From positions 62,001 to 126,000 of the forward strand of contig JADIIX010000022.1 of the NCBI GenBank assembly GCA_027604505.1: a stretch of 64,000 nt of DNA, read 5' to 3'. This document shows positions 1 through 12,400 of the stretch, in pieces (the stretch's first letter is position 1; the number at the start of each line of letters is the position of its first letter). The translations under genes were made by a program, and so were the position numbers. This DNA comes from Gonapodya sp. JEL0774 (taxonomy: Eukaryota). A model generated the notes under the pieces. That model was not told the DNA's origin and did not search any database. It was given only the letters and a program-made list of their open reading frames with translations.

Positions 1-110
1 TCAGGCTGACCAGATTGGGCGAAGAATTGGTGGGAGGTGAGGGGTGGCATCGAGTTTTGTTCTTGCTGCATGCCATTCTGGGGAGGAGGAGAAGTAGGTT
101 CGATCTCCAT
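1..110 (-). CDS. Possible 5' end of a gene running off the left edge (MEIEPTSPPPQNGMQQEQNSMPPLTSHQFFAQSGQP...)
   Basis: Minus-strand ATG at 110 in a good context (caaacATGg), frame open to the window edge, P/Q-rich N-terminus, divergent from the PPR gene. No recognisable domain. Confidence 0.4.
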   Translation of the reverse strand, partial: MEIEPTSPPPQNGMQQEQNSMPPLTSHQFFAQSGQP

Positions 111-685
111 GTTTGTAAGCATGCAGAGACAAGGTCAGATAGGAGAGAGCGACTAGTCCGCAGATGTCTCGGAGAAGAAAACAAGCTTGTTTCTCAGGTT
201 TTGTCGCTTTTGCGCAGGACGTCACACTTGAGACGGAAACAGCAGAACAGGTCAAAAGATGGCAAATGCTCAAGTCCTGGGACTGCGTGGGATTCGTGTG
301 TGCCTCTACGTTCTCGAAGTGTCCCAATCGCTCGAGTTTCGTATTTTCCGTCTGGTGCCACTGCGCTGCCAATAGTTTGTGTGATGACGGTTCTTTCACA
401 CCTAAGGTATGATGGATTACAATACTCCAGTGCAGGTAATATTGGTCACTTTTTAAGCGATTTTCGTAAAAAGCGTCCAGCAATCTCGAGGAGAGATGTC
501 GAGACATCAACAAAAACGATCCACTTTAAAACTGTCCTCCGACTTTTACAGCTTGCTTAGACACCAAAAAAATAGCCTCCTATAGGAGAAACAAGAGAAA
601 TGGCGGGTCTGAATATTTGTTGACATTCAAGTTCGATGGTACCGCCGTGCAGCGGCTGTAAATGGAGATTTCTTACAATTTCACT

Positions 686-3502
686 ATGGCGAGCAGAAGA
701 GCCACCGCCGGCCTCCGCTCTCCATCACTACGAGCAGCTCTTTCTCAAAACTCCGTGGGAGGGTTGTCCGAAGGGGCGTGGAGATCGGCACTCGATCGGA
801 GTCGCACATTGCATCTTTGGGGATTCGGGCGATGGGTCAATGACAGTGACAAAAATGACCAAAAGAGTGGCGACGATGCTGTGGAGATCCTGCGGAGAGA
901 GCAAGCGGGAAATCCTCTTCCACCGCGACGAGCTCGAACTTCATCACCACGCAGGCCCACTTCCCATTCATCCACCCGATTCACCGACGCCAGTGATGAG
1001 GCGCTGTATAATGCTCTTTCACAGCAGTTGGTGGATTCACTCGACAGGCAAGATACGAAAGCTGCGTGGGATGCCTACTCCAAAATGCTCGACGAAAGCT
1101 TGGAGAAGCTGGATCTTTCCGTATGGGATCACAGAAAGCTGTTGAAAGTGAGTTTCGGACCAGGCAAGTTCTATGAGGCACCGGAATGAGGAACATTCTC
1201 TTTGGGACCTGGTAAATTCAATCAGAGAGCAAAGCCTGACCTATGAAATTCTCCACTTCCTCCCCTTGTGTCATTCTGTGCCCTGAATGTCAACGCCCGT
1301 TAACACCAGATGCTCAACCAAATCCCCCACATTCCCGCCGCATCCACTCGCCGGTCCACTTCCCCACCTCGGAGCCCTCGATCCATGGCCGTCCAACACT
1401 CGACCCCGGTCTCTGTCTCCTCCTCCTCTCTTCCAACTGCCCCGCTGATGTATCGTATCCTGGCTGACATGCATGCCCGAGGCCAAAACCTCTCTCCCCG
1501 CGACTTTATGCCCCTCTTCCACCACCACGACCAATATCACGACACGAGCGCCGCGCGGGACCTTGTTGAGCGGGGCATGCTGGCTTTGGGGGTAGTTCCC
1601 GATCGCCCATGCTGGAGAATGGTCATCAAAACGTGTATCCGAGCCGGAAAGTGGGACGAAGCGTTGGCGGTCGTCGAGGAGATGAAGCGTGCTGCCCAGG
1701 AAAAGAACTGTTCAGCTCCCAACACTACCTCACCGACTCTCCCTCCTTCACCGTACCCCGATGCCTCTACGCATGCCATGCTTCTCCGGCACCTCGTCCG
1801 CACGCTGGGGGACTTCCCCACCGCTATCACTCTCTTCCAATCCTATTGGTCATCGTATGGGTCGCTCCTGCCCATCTCTTTGTCTGAGTTCAATGTTGCA
1901 GACTCCGCTGATAATTCTGGAAGTTCCACGTACCATTGGAGCGCCGTGACGGTCGGGCTTGCTATGGAGGCATGCGTGGGTATGGCGAATAGCAGTCTTG
2001 TCGAAGCCAAGGGTGAATTGGTCCGGTTGGCAGGATGGCGTGGCGATCGCGTGCCTGTGAGGGGCGAATCTATTGACCCTCTCTCTCCGTTGGGATGGCT
2101 GGTGTCAGTGGGTTCAACAGTGCCACTCTCCTGGCCGGTGTCCTCCCACGGTGTTTCGCCATCCCATCCCACGTCCTCCTCTTCCACATCGACTCTCAAA
2201 ACACCAGCTCATTCTCTCCGTTCTCCTTCTGCATCTGTCCCTCACGTGCTGTCGTGGTTCGTGGAAGCCCTACTTGACCTCGACATGCCACTTCACGCTC
2301 TTCGCGCGCAAAGCGTCGCTCTGGATGTTGTTGGACCTGACGGACGGAGCCCTGTGTTCCTTGTGCCGGACGAGACCGTGCGGCGCGTCCTCCATTCACT
2401 GAGCGGAGAGGGCAGCAGTACGAGAGTCGCGGGAGTAACCCCAGACACGGTACGGGACGGGATCGCGGCAGTGAATGCCATGGCCAAGCCACGACCTGCG
2501 GACGCGGCACACGTTCTTGCAATCGCCGCTCAGGTCGCCATAAGCTCCGGCACCTCCCCTGTTGCGGAAGTTGTCCGAGTTGTACGCTCGTGGAACTCCC
2601 AGTCACAAACGTGGGTGGATGCTGTGATGGCAGAGTGGTGCTCCTGGATGGCTGTGAATGGGAAGTGGGAGGATGCAGTGGGGTACTGTGTGGGGTACGC
2701 CACGATGTTGATTGGTGGAGATGAAGGGACTCAGATAGTACCTGGCTCGATAGAGGAAGCTGCAGACGTGTGGATGACGGTGAGCGCTGGCGCAGAGGCG
2801 AGAACAGTTTGGAGAGAGAGTGGCGTGGCTCGGGTGGTTGCTGCGACCGTTGCGTTCCTGAAGAAGGACGACCACGTGCTGAGGCTGTGGGACTGTGGAA
2901 TAGTGTCGCTGGAGCTCCTGGAACAGGCGGGTGCTGGTCAGGGCCAACGTTCCGCAATGGCTACGGAAGCTCCATCCGGTGCAGAAAGACGACGACCGAC
3001 GTTGACGGTTCGTCCGTCCGACTCTGTTGCTCGCGTCGTGTCTGCTCTGCTCGCTTCGGAGCGATCTACTGACGCTGAGTTACTTGTCAAGCGACACCAC
3101 ATGACAGCACCGGCTGGACATGCCCCTGCAAACATGGTACTCCAATGGCTTATTGGTAGAGGGCAGCTCGAAGGAGCTTGGCAGTTTTACGACACCATTT
3201 CTTTGGGTGCTGGCTATGTAGGAAGAGGGTGGGGAGATGCGGAGACGTTTGATGTGATGGCTGGTGCGGTGGTGGACATTGATTCGGCAGGGCGTCTGGT
3301 GAGGGCGATTGAGGAAAGCGGGATTGGAATGGTTGGGGTGGAGGTTGTGAAGAGCGTTGCGAGGGTGGTGGCGGATGGTGTCAGGCATAGAGGAGAAAAG
3401 GACGTCCAGGATGAGGAAGGGTCGTGGGAAATAGTGGTGAGATGGTTAACAGCGTGGAAGGGAGTCATTGGGGACAGTGGAGTGAGACCTGCACCGGCTT
3501 AA
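686..3502 (+). CDS. Pentatricopeptide-repeat (PPR)-containing protein, probably mitochondrial
   Basis: Exon 686-1147 joins exon 1310-3502 through a phase-0 GT..AG intron (1148-1309). R/S/A-rich N-terminus (MASRRATAGLRSPSLR). PPR-like units: GVVPDRPCWRMVIKTCIRAGKWDEALAVVEEM, PDASTHAMLLRHL, ANMVLQWLIGRGQLEGAWQFYD. Confidence 0.75.
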
Positions 3503-3840
3503 TTGGAGCGTGTCACGTCGCCTGGGAGCCGATCATGTAAAAGATATTTGAGATTGTACATATCGCTAAAATGTTTGTAAACTGTGAATTCCGTGTAAAT
3601 CAACTTGCTGCTGGGGGCACCGGCCGGTCACATCAAATACACATTTCTGCACACAATCTGCCTTTTCATTTCACCGACTTGTAGGCTTGACACTCTGAAA
3701 TGGAGAGCTACTGCAAATAGCATTAATGATGCGGCAAGCCCTCTCTGGCGTCCCAGCTCCCGCATTTTTTGTCTGCAAAGGAGGCTTACAATATGAAGCA
3801 CCGAAACAGAAACAAAATTTCCAGATTCAATCGTGAATAA

Positions 3841-4041
3841 TTCCAGAAATTTTCTGATCCGGAATAATAGTGGCTGCATATATTTGAGGTCACGTGATTC
3901 TTGAGAATGCGGAGGAAACGTGGCACAGCAGGCTGCGACGTTCTGGAGGTTTCCCCAGGATCTTTTCGAAGTCCATATCAACGGCGCCAGTCCGTGAGTT
4001 CACCGACCGTCGATCTTCTGCGCTTTCTTCTCGCTATAAAA
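3841..4041 (+). promoter_or_regulatory. HSP90 promoter: heat-shock-element-like motifs, E-box and TATA box
   Basis: TTCcaGAAatTTT (3841-3853) and TTCtgGAGgtTTC (3941-3953) each differ by one base from nTTCnnGAAnnTTCn. TCACGTGA at 3890-3897. TATAAAA at 4035-4041, about 95 bp upstream of the ATG. Confidence 0.5.
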
Positions 4042-4135
4042 CGTTGCACTTGCTCTATCGCCGCGCTCCAAAAACCATTTCCAGCGTATCAACTTTCGTC
4101 TTCACTTTCATTGCACTACCACAAACAACTTCACA

Positions 4136-7100
4136 ATGTCGGACACCGAGACCTTCGCCTTCCAGGGTGAGTATCGGGGACTCTCGTGGACGCTTCTAGC
4201 TTGCGCTCTCGACCTCCGTGTCGAAGATTCGTCTCTTGTCATGCCGTCGCTGTGGGGTTGGATGCGCTCGGCGCTCACCACTCTCCCTTCTCTACCATTC
4301 CAGCCGAGATTTCCCAATTGATGTCGCTCATCATCAACACGTGAGTGCTTCACCACCTTTCAGAAACCGAATTCTGCCTGAGGTGGCCGGGATTGTTTTG
4401 GTTTTTGATACTGAACGTCGAACATCATTTCCTTTTCTTTTCGCTAGTTTCTACTCCAACAAGGAGATTTTCCTTCGAGAACTCATCTCCAACGCCTCCG
4501 ATGCCCTCGACAAAATTCGGTGCGTTTCAGCTCCGTCTGCTCCTGAACTTGCTATTATCACTGTGTCTGATTGTATTTTCCAAAAATTCGACCTCCACAG
4601 TTACTTGTCGCTGACGGACGGCAGCCAACTCGACTCCGGAAAGGAACTTTTCATCCGTCTCATCCCCAACAAGGAAGAGAAGACCCTCACCATTCGCGAT
4701 TCTGGTATCGGGATGACCAAGGTTCGTTTGTGCTGTGGTCAAGTTTCTATTGTTGTTCCATGTTGATGAATCTTTTCGAAATATGTAGGCCGACCTCGTT
4801 AACAACCTCGGTACCATTGCCAAGTCTGGTACCAAAGCCTTCATGGAGGCCCTCCAGTCGGGCGCCGACATTTCCATGATTGGACAGTTCGGTGTCGGTT
4901 TCTACTCCGCCTACCTCGTTGCTGACCGCGTTCAAGTCATCACCAAACACAACGACGACGAGCAATACATTTGGGAGTCCGCTGCCGGTGGAAGCTTCAC
5001 TATGTATGTTTCCATTCATGCTCGTTCCTCTGGCTAAGAGATTGACTTCAACTCTCATTGACAGCACTCCTGACCCTTCCAACTCCCTTGGCCGCGGCAC
5101 TGCTATCAAGCTTTACCTGAAGGAGGACCAGATGGAGTACATTGAGGAGCGCCGTATCAAAGAGGTCGTCAAGAAGCACTCCGAGTTTATCAACTACCCC
5201 ATTGAGCTCGAGACCACCAAGGAAGTCGAGGAGGAAGTTGAAGACGAGGAGGAGGAGAAGAAGGACGAGGACAAGGACGAGACCAAGATTGAGGAGGTTT
5301 GTTGAAGTCATTCTGGTGACTATCGGCACATCTTGATTAACCTGTCTGTGAACCAGATTGAAGACGACGAGGATAAGAAGGACAAGAAGAAGAAGAAGGT
5401 CAAGAAACAACAAACCGACGAAGAGGTTTTGAACAAGACCAAGCCCATCTGGACGCGTAACCCCGAGGAGATCAAAGAGGAGGAATACCACGCCTTCTAT
5501 AAGGCCATGTAAGTCTTTTATCCTTTGAAACTCAATTACGCGGGGCTTTTCGGGTCACTCTAAACACGAATTTGGCCCTTTCCATAGCTCCAACGACTGG
5601 GAAGACGACCTTGCCTACAAGCACTTCTCCGTCGAAGGCCAGCTGGAATTCCGAGCCATCCTCTTTGTTCCCCGTCGCGCTCCATTCGACCTCTTTGAGA
5701 TGCGCAAGAAGCGCAACAACATCAAACTTTACGTCCGCCGTGTCTTCATTTCCGACGACTGCGAGGAGCTCATTCCCGAGTGGCTCTCGTTTGGTAAGTG
5801 TCTGAAGTTCGTGTGATTCTCGGGAGGTCAAATCGCTCATCGTGCCTACACATGGAATTTCAGTCAAGGGTATTGTGGACTCTGAGGACCTTCCCCTCAA
5901 CATCTCTCGTGAGATGCTGCAACAGAACAAGATCCTCAAGGTCATTCGCAAGAACCTAGTGAAGAAGTGTATTGAGCTTTTCACGGAGATTTCCGAGGAC
6001 AAGGAGAAGGTTGGTGTGGCTCTATCTGTCGGAATCGACAGTTCAACTCACGGTGACAACCGACCCTCGCCTTCACGATTTAGTTCAAGACTTTCCACGA
6101 GGCCTTCTCCAAGAACATCAAGCTTGGTGTTCACGAGGATTCCACCAACCGCAACAAGCTCGCTGAGCTCCTCCGCTTCCACAGCACCAAGTCTGGCGAG
6201 GACATCGTTTCCTTCAAGGACTACATTACCCGCATGCCCGAAAACCAGAAGAACATCTACTACATCACTGGCGAGTCCAAGGCCGCTGTTGAACACTCGC
6301 CTTTCCTCGAGAAGCTCAAGAAGAAGGGCTTTGAAGTGTGGGTTCTGTCGTTCTAGTCGAGCGGATCTGTGAATTGCATCTGATTGCAATTGTCTATCTC
6401 AAGTCTCTACATGGTTGACCCCATTGACGAGTACATGATCCAACAGCTGAAGGACTACGAGGGCAAGAAGCTCCAAAGCGCAACCAAGGAGGGTCTCGAG
6501 CTTGAAGAGGACGAGGAAGAGAAGAAGAAGCTGGAGGAGGAGAAGGCTGCATTTGAATCGCTCGGCAAGGCGATGAAGGTGCGGTCAGCGTGTTATTTTT
6601 CTCATCGAGCCTTTAATACTAACATTCGTCCCATCGTAGGACATTCTTGGTGACCGTGTGGAGAAGGTGACCGTTTCCAACCGTATCGTTGACGCACCTT
6701 GTGTCCTCGTCACTGGCCAATTCGGCTGGTCTGCAAACATGGAACGGATCATGAAGGCACAAGCCCTCAGAGATTCGAGCATGTCCGCATACATGGCCTC
6801 CAAAAAGACCATGGAAGTGAGTTTAGATCACAACATATTTTTAGACTCAGAACTTGCGAATAACGTTGATTTCCCATCTTTTCAGATTAACCCCGAAAAC
6901 CCCATCATCCGCTCCCTGAAGGCCAAGGTGGAGGCCGACAAGAACGACAAGACCGTGAAGGACTTGGTGTTCCTGCTCTTCGAGACTTCCCTCCTCCAGT
7001 CGGGCTTCAACCTTGAAGACGCATCTGGCTTCGCCTCGCGCATCCACCGCATGATTAAACTCGGTCTATCTATCGATGAGGAAGAAGAGACGGCAGCACC

Positions 7101-7173
7101 TGAAGCAATTGACGAGGACATGCCCCCTCTGGAAGAAGGTGGTGCCGAGTCTAAGATGGAGGAGGTTGACTAG
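4136..7173 (+). CDS. HSP90: Cytosolic heat shock protein 90 (13 exons)
   Basis: Spliced product contains [73 protein letters not shown] and the C-terminal MEEVD. 12 GT-AG introns restore the frame. Confidence 0.98.
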
Positions 7174-7389
7174 ACGGGATATTGTAGCTTGTTAGGCTTT
7201 TTCTCGCATGTAGCATTTCAGTAATACGCCCTTTTATCTGATTGTTCGCTGTTCCCGACTTGAAGTGTTTGGGGGTTTGACTGCTAGGGTAGCCCGCGGT
7301 TTTGGCTGATAGGCGGACCCCACGAAGGACGCTTATGAAAAGAAATACCTTGCAAGCATCCCACATACCTGCTCGTGAAGGACACGAGA

Positions 7390-9231
7390 ATGTCAAAGAG
7401 AGTTCGCCGCTCCGTTCGGATTCTGGAAGTCCAAGCGTCGCGTGAGGATCATGCTCAATCTCCTGATACATTCGCACGGCCTGTATCAGCGATTCCCGGT
7501 CACCTCTCACCCATCGTCAGCACATTTGAGCATTCTTTTCTTTCGAAAAGTGATTCAGTGGCTCGTGAGCCCATGGAGCCAGGAGAGACACTGTCCTCAC
7601 CGTTTGATCCTCCGGGTGAAGGAGACGGACTACGCCATGGGGATCCCACCATGACGGATGAAAGCGGAAAAACTTGGCTGGAGAATGATTGGGAACATAG
7701 TACTGTCATCGAAGCGAATGGACCTGCGGATCTGATGTACGAAACTCCTAGGCTACAAGACAATGACCAGCTTTCGAATGCTGATCGCACCAAATTTCAT
7801 AGAGGCGAACGAAGCCTCGACACGTTCAACTGCGAGCTTGAAGATCAACCTTCAAAGCGGGACAGCCCTCGACCGTTTTCGATGCCGTTCATTCTCACTC
7901 CACTTCGACGGTTAAATCCGTTCACCCAGGCTTCGCATCGCCAGACTACCCACATGCCCTTAACAGAGTCTTCGCGGACCAACGTAACCGCAAATATCAA
8001 TGGTGAACAGGTTGATGAAGGTGGTCCATCGGAGATATCACCATCCGAAGGGCCCATGACATCGTCAAGAGACTCTACGCACACGGACTCGAACACCAGT
8101 GATCCTGATGTTGAGAATCGCTGCAACGCTCTTTTTGATGAAGAGTATCAGCGGCTTCTCTTTTCTGCTGCACGTGTTTGTCATCAAGAACCAGAAGCTG
8201 ATGACCAATCAGAGGGTCGGCTTTCTGCTCCATCTCACCTTCGCACGCGATCCGATACCGGCACCAACGCAGCAGAAGAGTTTTTGGAATGCGTTTTTGG
8301 AGATGGCAGAGATTACCGCAACAACAGTCGTTCGCGCAGCCCAAGTTCCCCAGAGTTCCCATTTTCCAGGATCCAGAGATCTGAATCACCAACTACCGAC
8401 ACAGTGTATGTCCCACCAAACATTCAAAATATCCAGAGTATTAAGCACCTCGATATTGACGGCAGGCTTTCCCACCTCGATGTGAAGACTGGTTCCGAAT
8501 CGTTCGAGGCCCAGCTCGCAGCAATGCGCGAACGAGTGGATGCACTTCGCGAAGAGAACGCACGTCTCACTATTGAGAACGAGCAATTACGGGCTGGAGA
8601 ACCCGAGTGTATGCCGTCTGATCGTGGAGAAGATGTCTCACGGGTCAATTTCGGAGACGAAGAGATAGACACACCGAACGTCGTAGATCACGGAACGGCT
8701 GGTTCGGTTGCGGATGTCGATGAAACTGAGAATCATGATTTTCAAGAAGGATGCGAAATCAACGTGCGAAAGCGCAAGCGGGAAGAGCGAGAGCATAGAC
8801 GCACGGGAGTGGGAACAGAGGAACTTCGCGAGGACGACCCCGACGATGGATACAGTGCCGGTAACGCAATGGATACTGGAGAGGGCTACACACCGTACAG
8901 AGGGGGCTTTGATTGTGACGGAGATGCCAATGGACCTGTCGATGTAACAGGTGATGACACTGACGAGGACACCGAGATCGCCGGTGCAACGAGGACAGCG
9001 CTGGCCAGTCTCCACGCCGAGCACGAAAATGCCCTTGCACGCATTAATACTGCACGGTCGCGTGCATTGGAGCTCCACAGGCACCTACAATCGGCGATGT
9101 GGTTTTCTCGGCGGGCTGTGAAAGAATTCAACTCTGCGATGAAGGAAGCGGAAACAGCGTCGAGTTGGCTGACAGATCTACGAGATGGACTTGGAAATGG
9201 AGCGTTTGTGGAAGATTTAGTGGATGAATGA
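7390..9231 (+). CDS. Uncharacterised low-complexity/coiled-coil protein (~610 aa, intronless)
   Basis: Long uninterrupted ORF (first ATG at 7390), acidic and Ser-rich. Heptad segment FEAQLAAMRERVDALREENARLTIENEQLR, NLS-like RKRKRE, helical C-terminus. Confidence 0.65.
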   Translation: MSKRVRRSVRILEVQASREDHAQSPDTFARPVSAIPGHLSPIVSTFEHSFLSKSDSVAREPMEPGETLSSPFDPPGEGDGLRHGDPTMTDESGKTWLENDWEHSTVIEANGPADLMYETPRLQDNDQLSNADRTKFHRGERSLDTFNCELEDQPSKRDSPRPFSMPFILTPLRRLNPFTQASHRQTTHMPLTESSRTNVTANINGEQVDEGGPSEISPSEGPMTSSRDSTHTDSNTSDPDVENRCNALFDEEYQRLLFSAARVCHQEPEADDQSEGRLSAPSHLRTRSDTGTNAAEEFLECVFGDGRDYRNNSRSRSPSSPEFPFSRIQRSESPTTDTVYVPPNIQNIQSIKHLDIDGRLSHLDVKTGSESFEAQLAAMRERVDALREENARLTIENEQLRAGEPECMPSDRGEDVSRVNFGDEEIDTPNVVDHGTAGSVADVDETENHDFQEGCEINVRKRKREEREHRRTGVGTEELREDDPDDGYSAGNAMDTGEGYTPYRGGFDCDGDANGPVDVTGDDTDEDTEIAGATRTALASLHAEHENALARINTARSRALELHRHLQSAMWFSRRAVKEFNSAMKEAETASSWLTDLRDGLGNGAFVEDLVDE

Positions 9232-9425
9232 AGCTTGCACCTGTTCAGATACCTGTCTGTCCATTCACTCCAGGTCTAGGGGAATGGACAAAGCTATTGA
9301 GATACCATGCGGCTCTTTCGTCAAGTCCACAATTCCAAGTCCAACAAAAAATCTACATTAAGAGGATGTACAAAATGAATAAAATCTACCTAGCCGCATT
9401 GATGACGCCAGACATCAAACAAGCC

Positions 9426-12400
9426 TTATTCTGTTTCCTCGATAGCTCGCATACCCAATACGCTTGACACGAACTCTTTACCAGTCATTGTGGCCGGCAG
9501 AGCGTACTTTGCTCCTCCACTATGGTGCGATCCACCACCACTCCCGGGGCGGCTTTGAGTACTTGGGAGTTGCGGTAGCACAAAGCGAGGCGGAATCAAG
9601 CCCGGTTGAGATGAAACGAGTGAGTCGACCAAACCGTCGAACTCGGTTCGTTGCATAGGTTCACCTACGGAAGGAAGGGGGGTGGGGTGGTGGGGTTATG
9701 TAACTTGTAACGGTTTCGGTAATTCACGCTGCGGGAGACTGGAAACCTCACCATATTGCTGAAGCATCTGGACGAGTGAGCTTGTGAGAAATGTCGTACT
9801 CCCATCACCATTGGTGCTTTTTGACGAGTCTGGTCTCAGTGTCGTCTCAGTGTGATTGGACAACTGGTCAAACTCTCGAGTGTGCTCAAGTGCTGCCTCA
9901 ACCTCGTGTTCCGTCACTCCAAAGACAGGTCGGTGATTTAGATACACTACAAAAGTAGAGTACGGAATCTAATATGTTGGGGCACGAGTTCCGAACCAAC
10001 GTTTCGCACACTCAACCCACCTTTCACAACGTCCTCCAGTCCCACTTCTGTGACCAACTTACCCGTCGCCTCCACGTCTCCCATTTGAACCTCGTTATTC
10101 ATTTCATCGACCTCCCTCTCTGTTTGGTAATATCCCATGGCGGCCATGATCCCTTCTAGCTCGTTGACTGGAATGGTATCCCCGATCGGTCGCTCCCCTT
10201 TCGAGTAGTCTTCACCTGCTGCCCGGAGTTGCGCGTAGTAAAAGTAATCTTCTAGTTCCTTGAAAACGGGTCCCTCCACACCCATATCGTCCAGCATACG
10301 AAGAAACGGTTCAAAGCCCGCACCACCCAAGGCGATTTGAGAATCGAGTACTGAAGGGTTGAGTGTCCACTGATTCACAACACCATCGAAACCATCAGCA
10401 CTGAGAAGAGACGGCGGATCAGACGTGATGGTAAGGCTCGTGATCTGAAGATTTTTGAGAAGGTGGATGAACTGGTTTGACCTCTCTAGATACTGCAAGA
10501 TGAAACGTACCGGTCCGGGGTGGGCGACTATCGCAAGTGACTTGTTCGGATTGCCGTCAAGTGGAAGCTTCATCAAACCTACCAGCTAAATGGGAATGAT
10601 TCGTAACGCGCCAGTCAGTGCGGCTGCGGTGGGTTACACAACATTCTTCTTCACAACAGACCTTCTCTCCTGCTCTCCACGCCAGGTACTGTTCTTGACC
10701 AGCCCTATCGCCACCCGGAACGATCGCCATTTCTGCTACAGGTCCACCCACCGTCGGCCCCACGACTGTCTTTCGACACATAAAGGACTCGCTCGAGTAA
10801 ACTCGCAGTTTGAAATCCGAGCCTCCAACCAGTATCCACGGATCCAATACTACTGGAGAAACAGGAGCAGCATTTGCAGCGAGAGCAGTGGTGGTGGGAG
10901 GAAGGAGGTGAATGCTCGGAGGTAAGATTGCGCAGAGAGGAACCGCAGTCTGGCTGATACTGTGTACAGACTGGTGGAAAAACGTGCAAACATCTATAGG
11001 GCGGGTGAAAATGCGCATAGCATCCACTTACCCGAATCTTGATCCCATCGACGTCTGCATCGTCTTCCAAACGATACTCGACAGCATTCCTATCCAAACC
11101 AATGCTGACAAGCCTCGGAGGTACATCCTCACCGGCGCCTTTCTTTGTTTCATTTGTGTTCTCGTCGTCGGCGACAGGGACGGTAACCCCTGTAATCAGG
11201 TGATCCGTGCGCAAGAACATCAAAGCCACGACCTTGCCAGTGTGCGCTCTTGCCTTGCCAATCCAGTTCCACGCGATTTTTCCGTTCTTGTGCTCGGTGC
11301 TGTCGTCTTTTCCGACCTTCCGCGACCTTTTAACAAAGTAGGACACACCACCTTGTGCGTCAGCACATGCCAACCTGTTACCATCTCGGGCAAATGCAAT
11401 CTGCTCGACAGAACCAACTCCAACTTCAAACTCCGCATCATCTTCCAAGGTATCCGCACGGAGCACCTTAACAACTCCAGTCGCTGTACCCACAGCCACA
11501 TGTACGCGATCAGGTGACCATGCCACGCTCACAGCCGGTACTTGTTCCGTTACCGCAATTCGCTTTTTCTTGGCCGGGCCGTATATACTATCTTTCCGCT
11601 CCTCACTGTCCACAACCTTTTCTGTTGTTATCTCGAGCACTCTACTCCGGATCACAAGTCGCGACCCTGCGTCCAGGATCTGCACGGATCCCCCCAGGCT
11701 CACCACGGCAATAAGCTGCCTCATACGTGTTCCTTCAGCTCCTGCTGACCCGGGTGGCTGGCGCGGAGATGCCGCGACGCACATGACGGCTCCGCGTGGT
11801 GCATCCACCAGCACCTTCACAAAATAGTCCTCCGACACCCCAGCCAAGGTCGGATCTGATGAGTCTCCGGTTCCCGATACGGCAACAGCGTGGCAATCTT
11901 TCCTTAAACTCGCTCCCTTTTTGGTCTGCCTCGTGTGTCCGACCTTGACTTCCATTGGCAGTGGCACTCCTCCGGCTCCAGCAGCATTTTGGGTCTTCCC
12001 CGACGCTCCACCCGCGACCTCTCGCTTCGCAGCAACAACTTGGCCCGACTTCCACGTACCCTGAGTAGATGGCGGGGCTGCGGAAGGCTCGACGGCACGG
12101 GATGATCGGGCGACGAGAGCAATTTTGGACAGTGATGTAAGCGCGACGAATTGGGGTAGGTGGAGAGGAGGGGATATCGCTAAAAATGCACGTTGACTCA
12201 GTAGTTTAAAGCGAAACGGGTGGCGAATGGAGACCCGCTAATCCGAACATACTTTCAGCTTCGTTACCATCAGCATCAACTGTGCTCGCGAACGACAGTG
12301 CAATTATAGGCCCTGCATGAATCTTGTCAAACCATGCCAAGAGACGGAACTTTTGGTGGGACGTTGGGAATGATTGGTCTGTTTTTGGTCACAGGCTACA

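Noticed and set aside
15..560. 181-aa plus-strand ORF and overlapping 170-aa minus-strand ORF
   Set aside because: No motifs and non-ATG starts; better explained as intergenic/UTR sequence between divergent genes.
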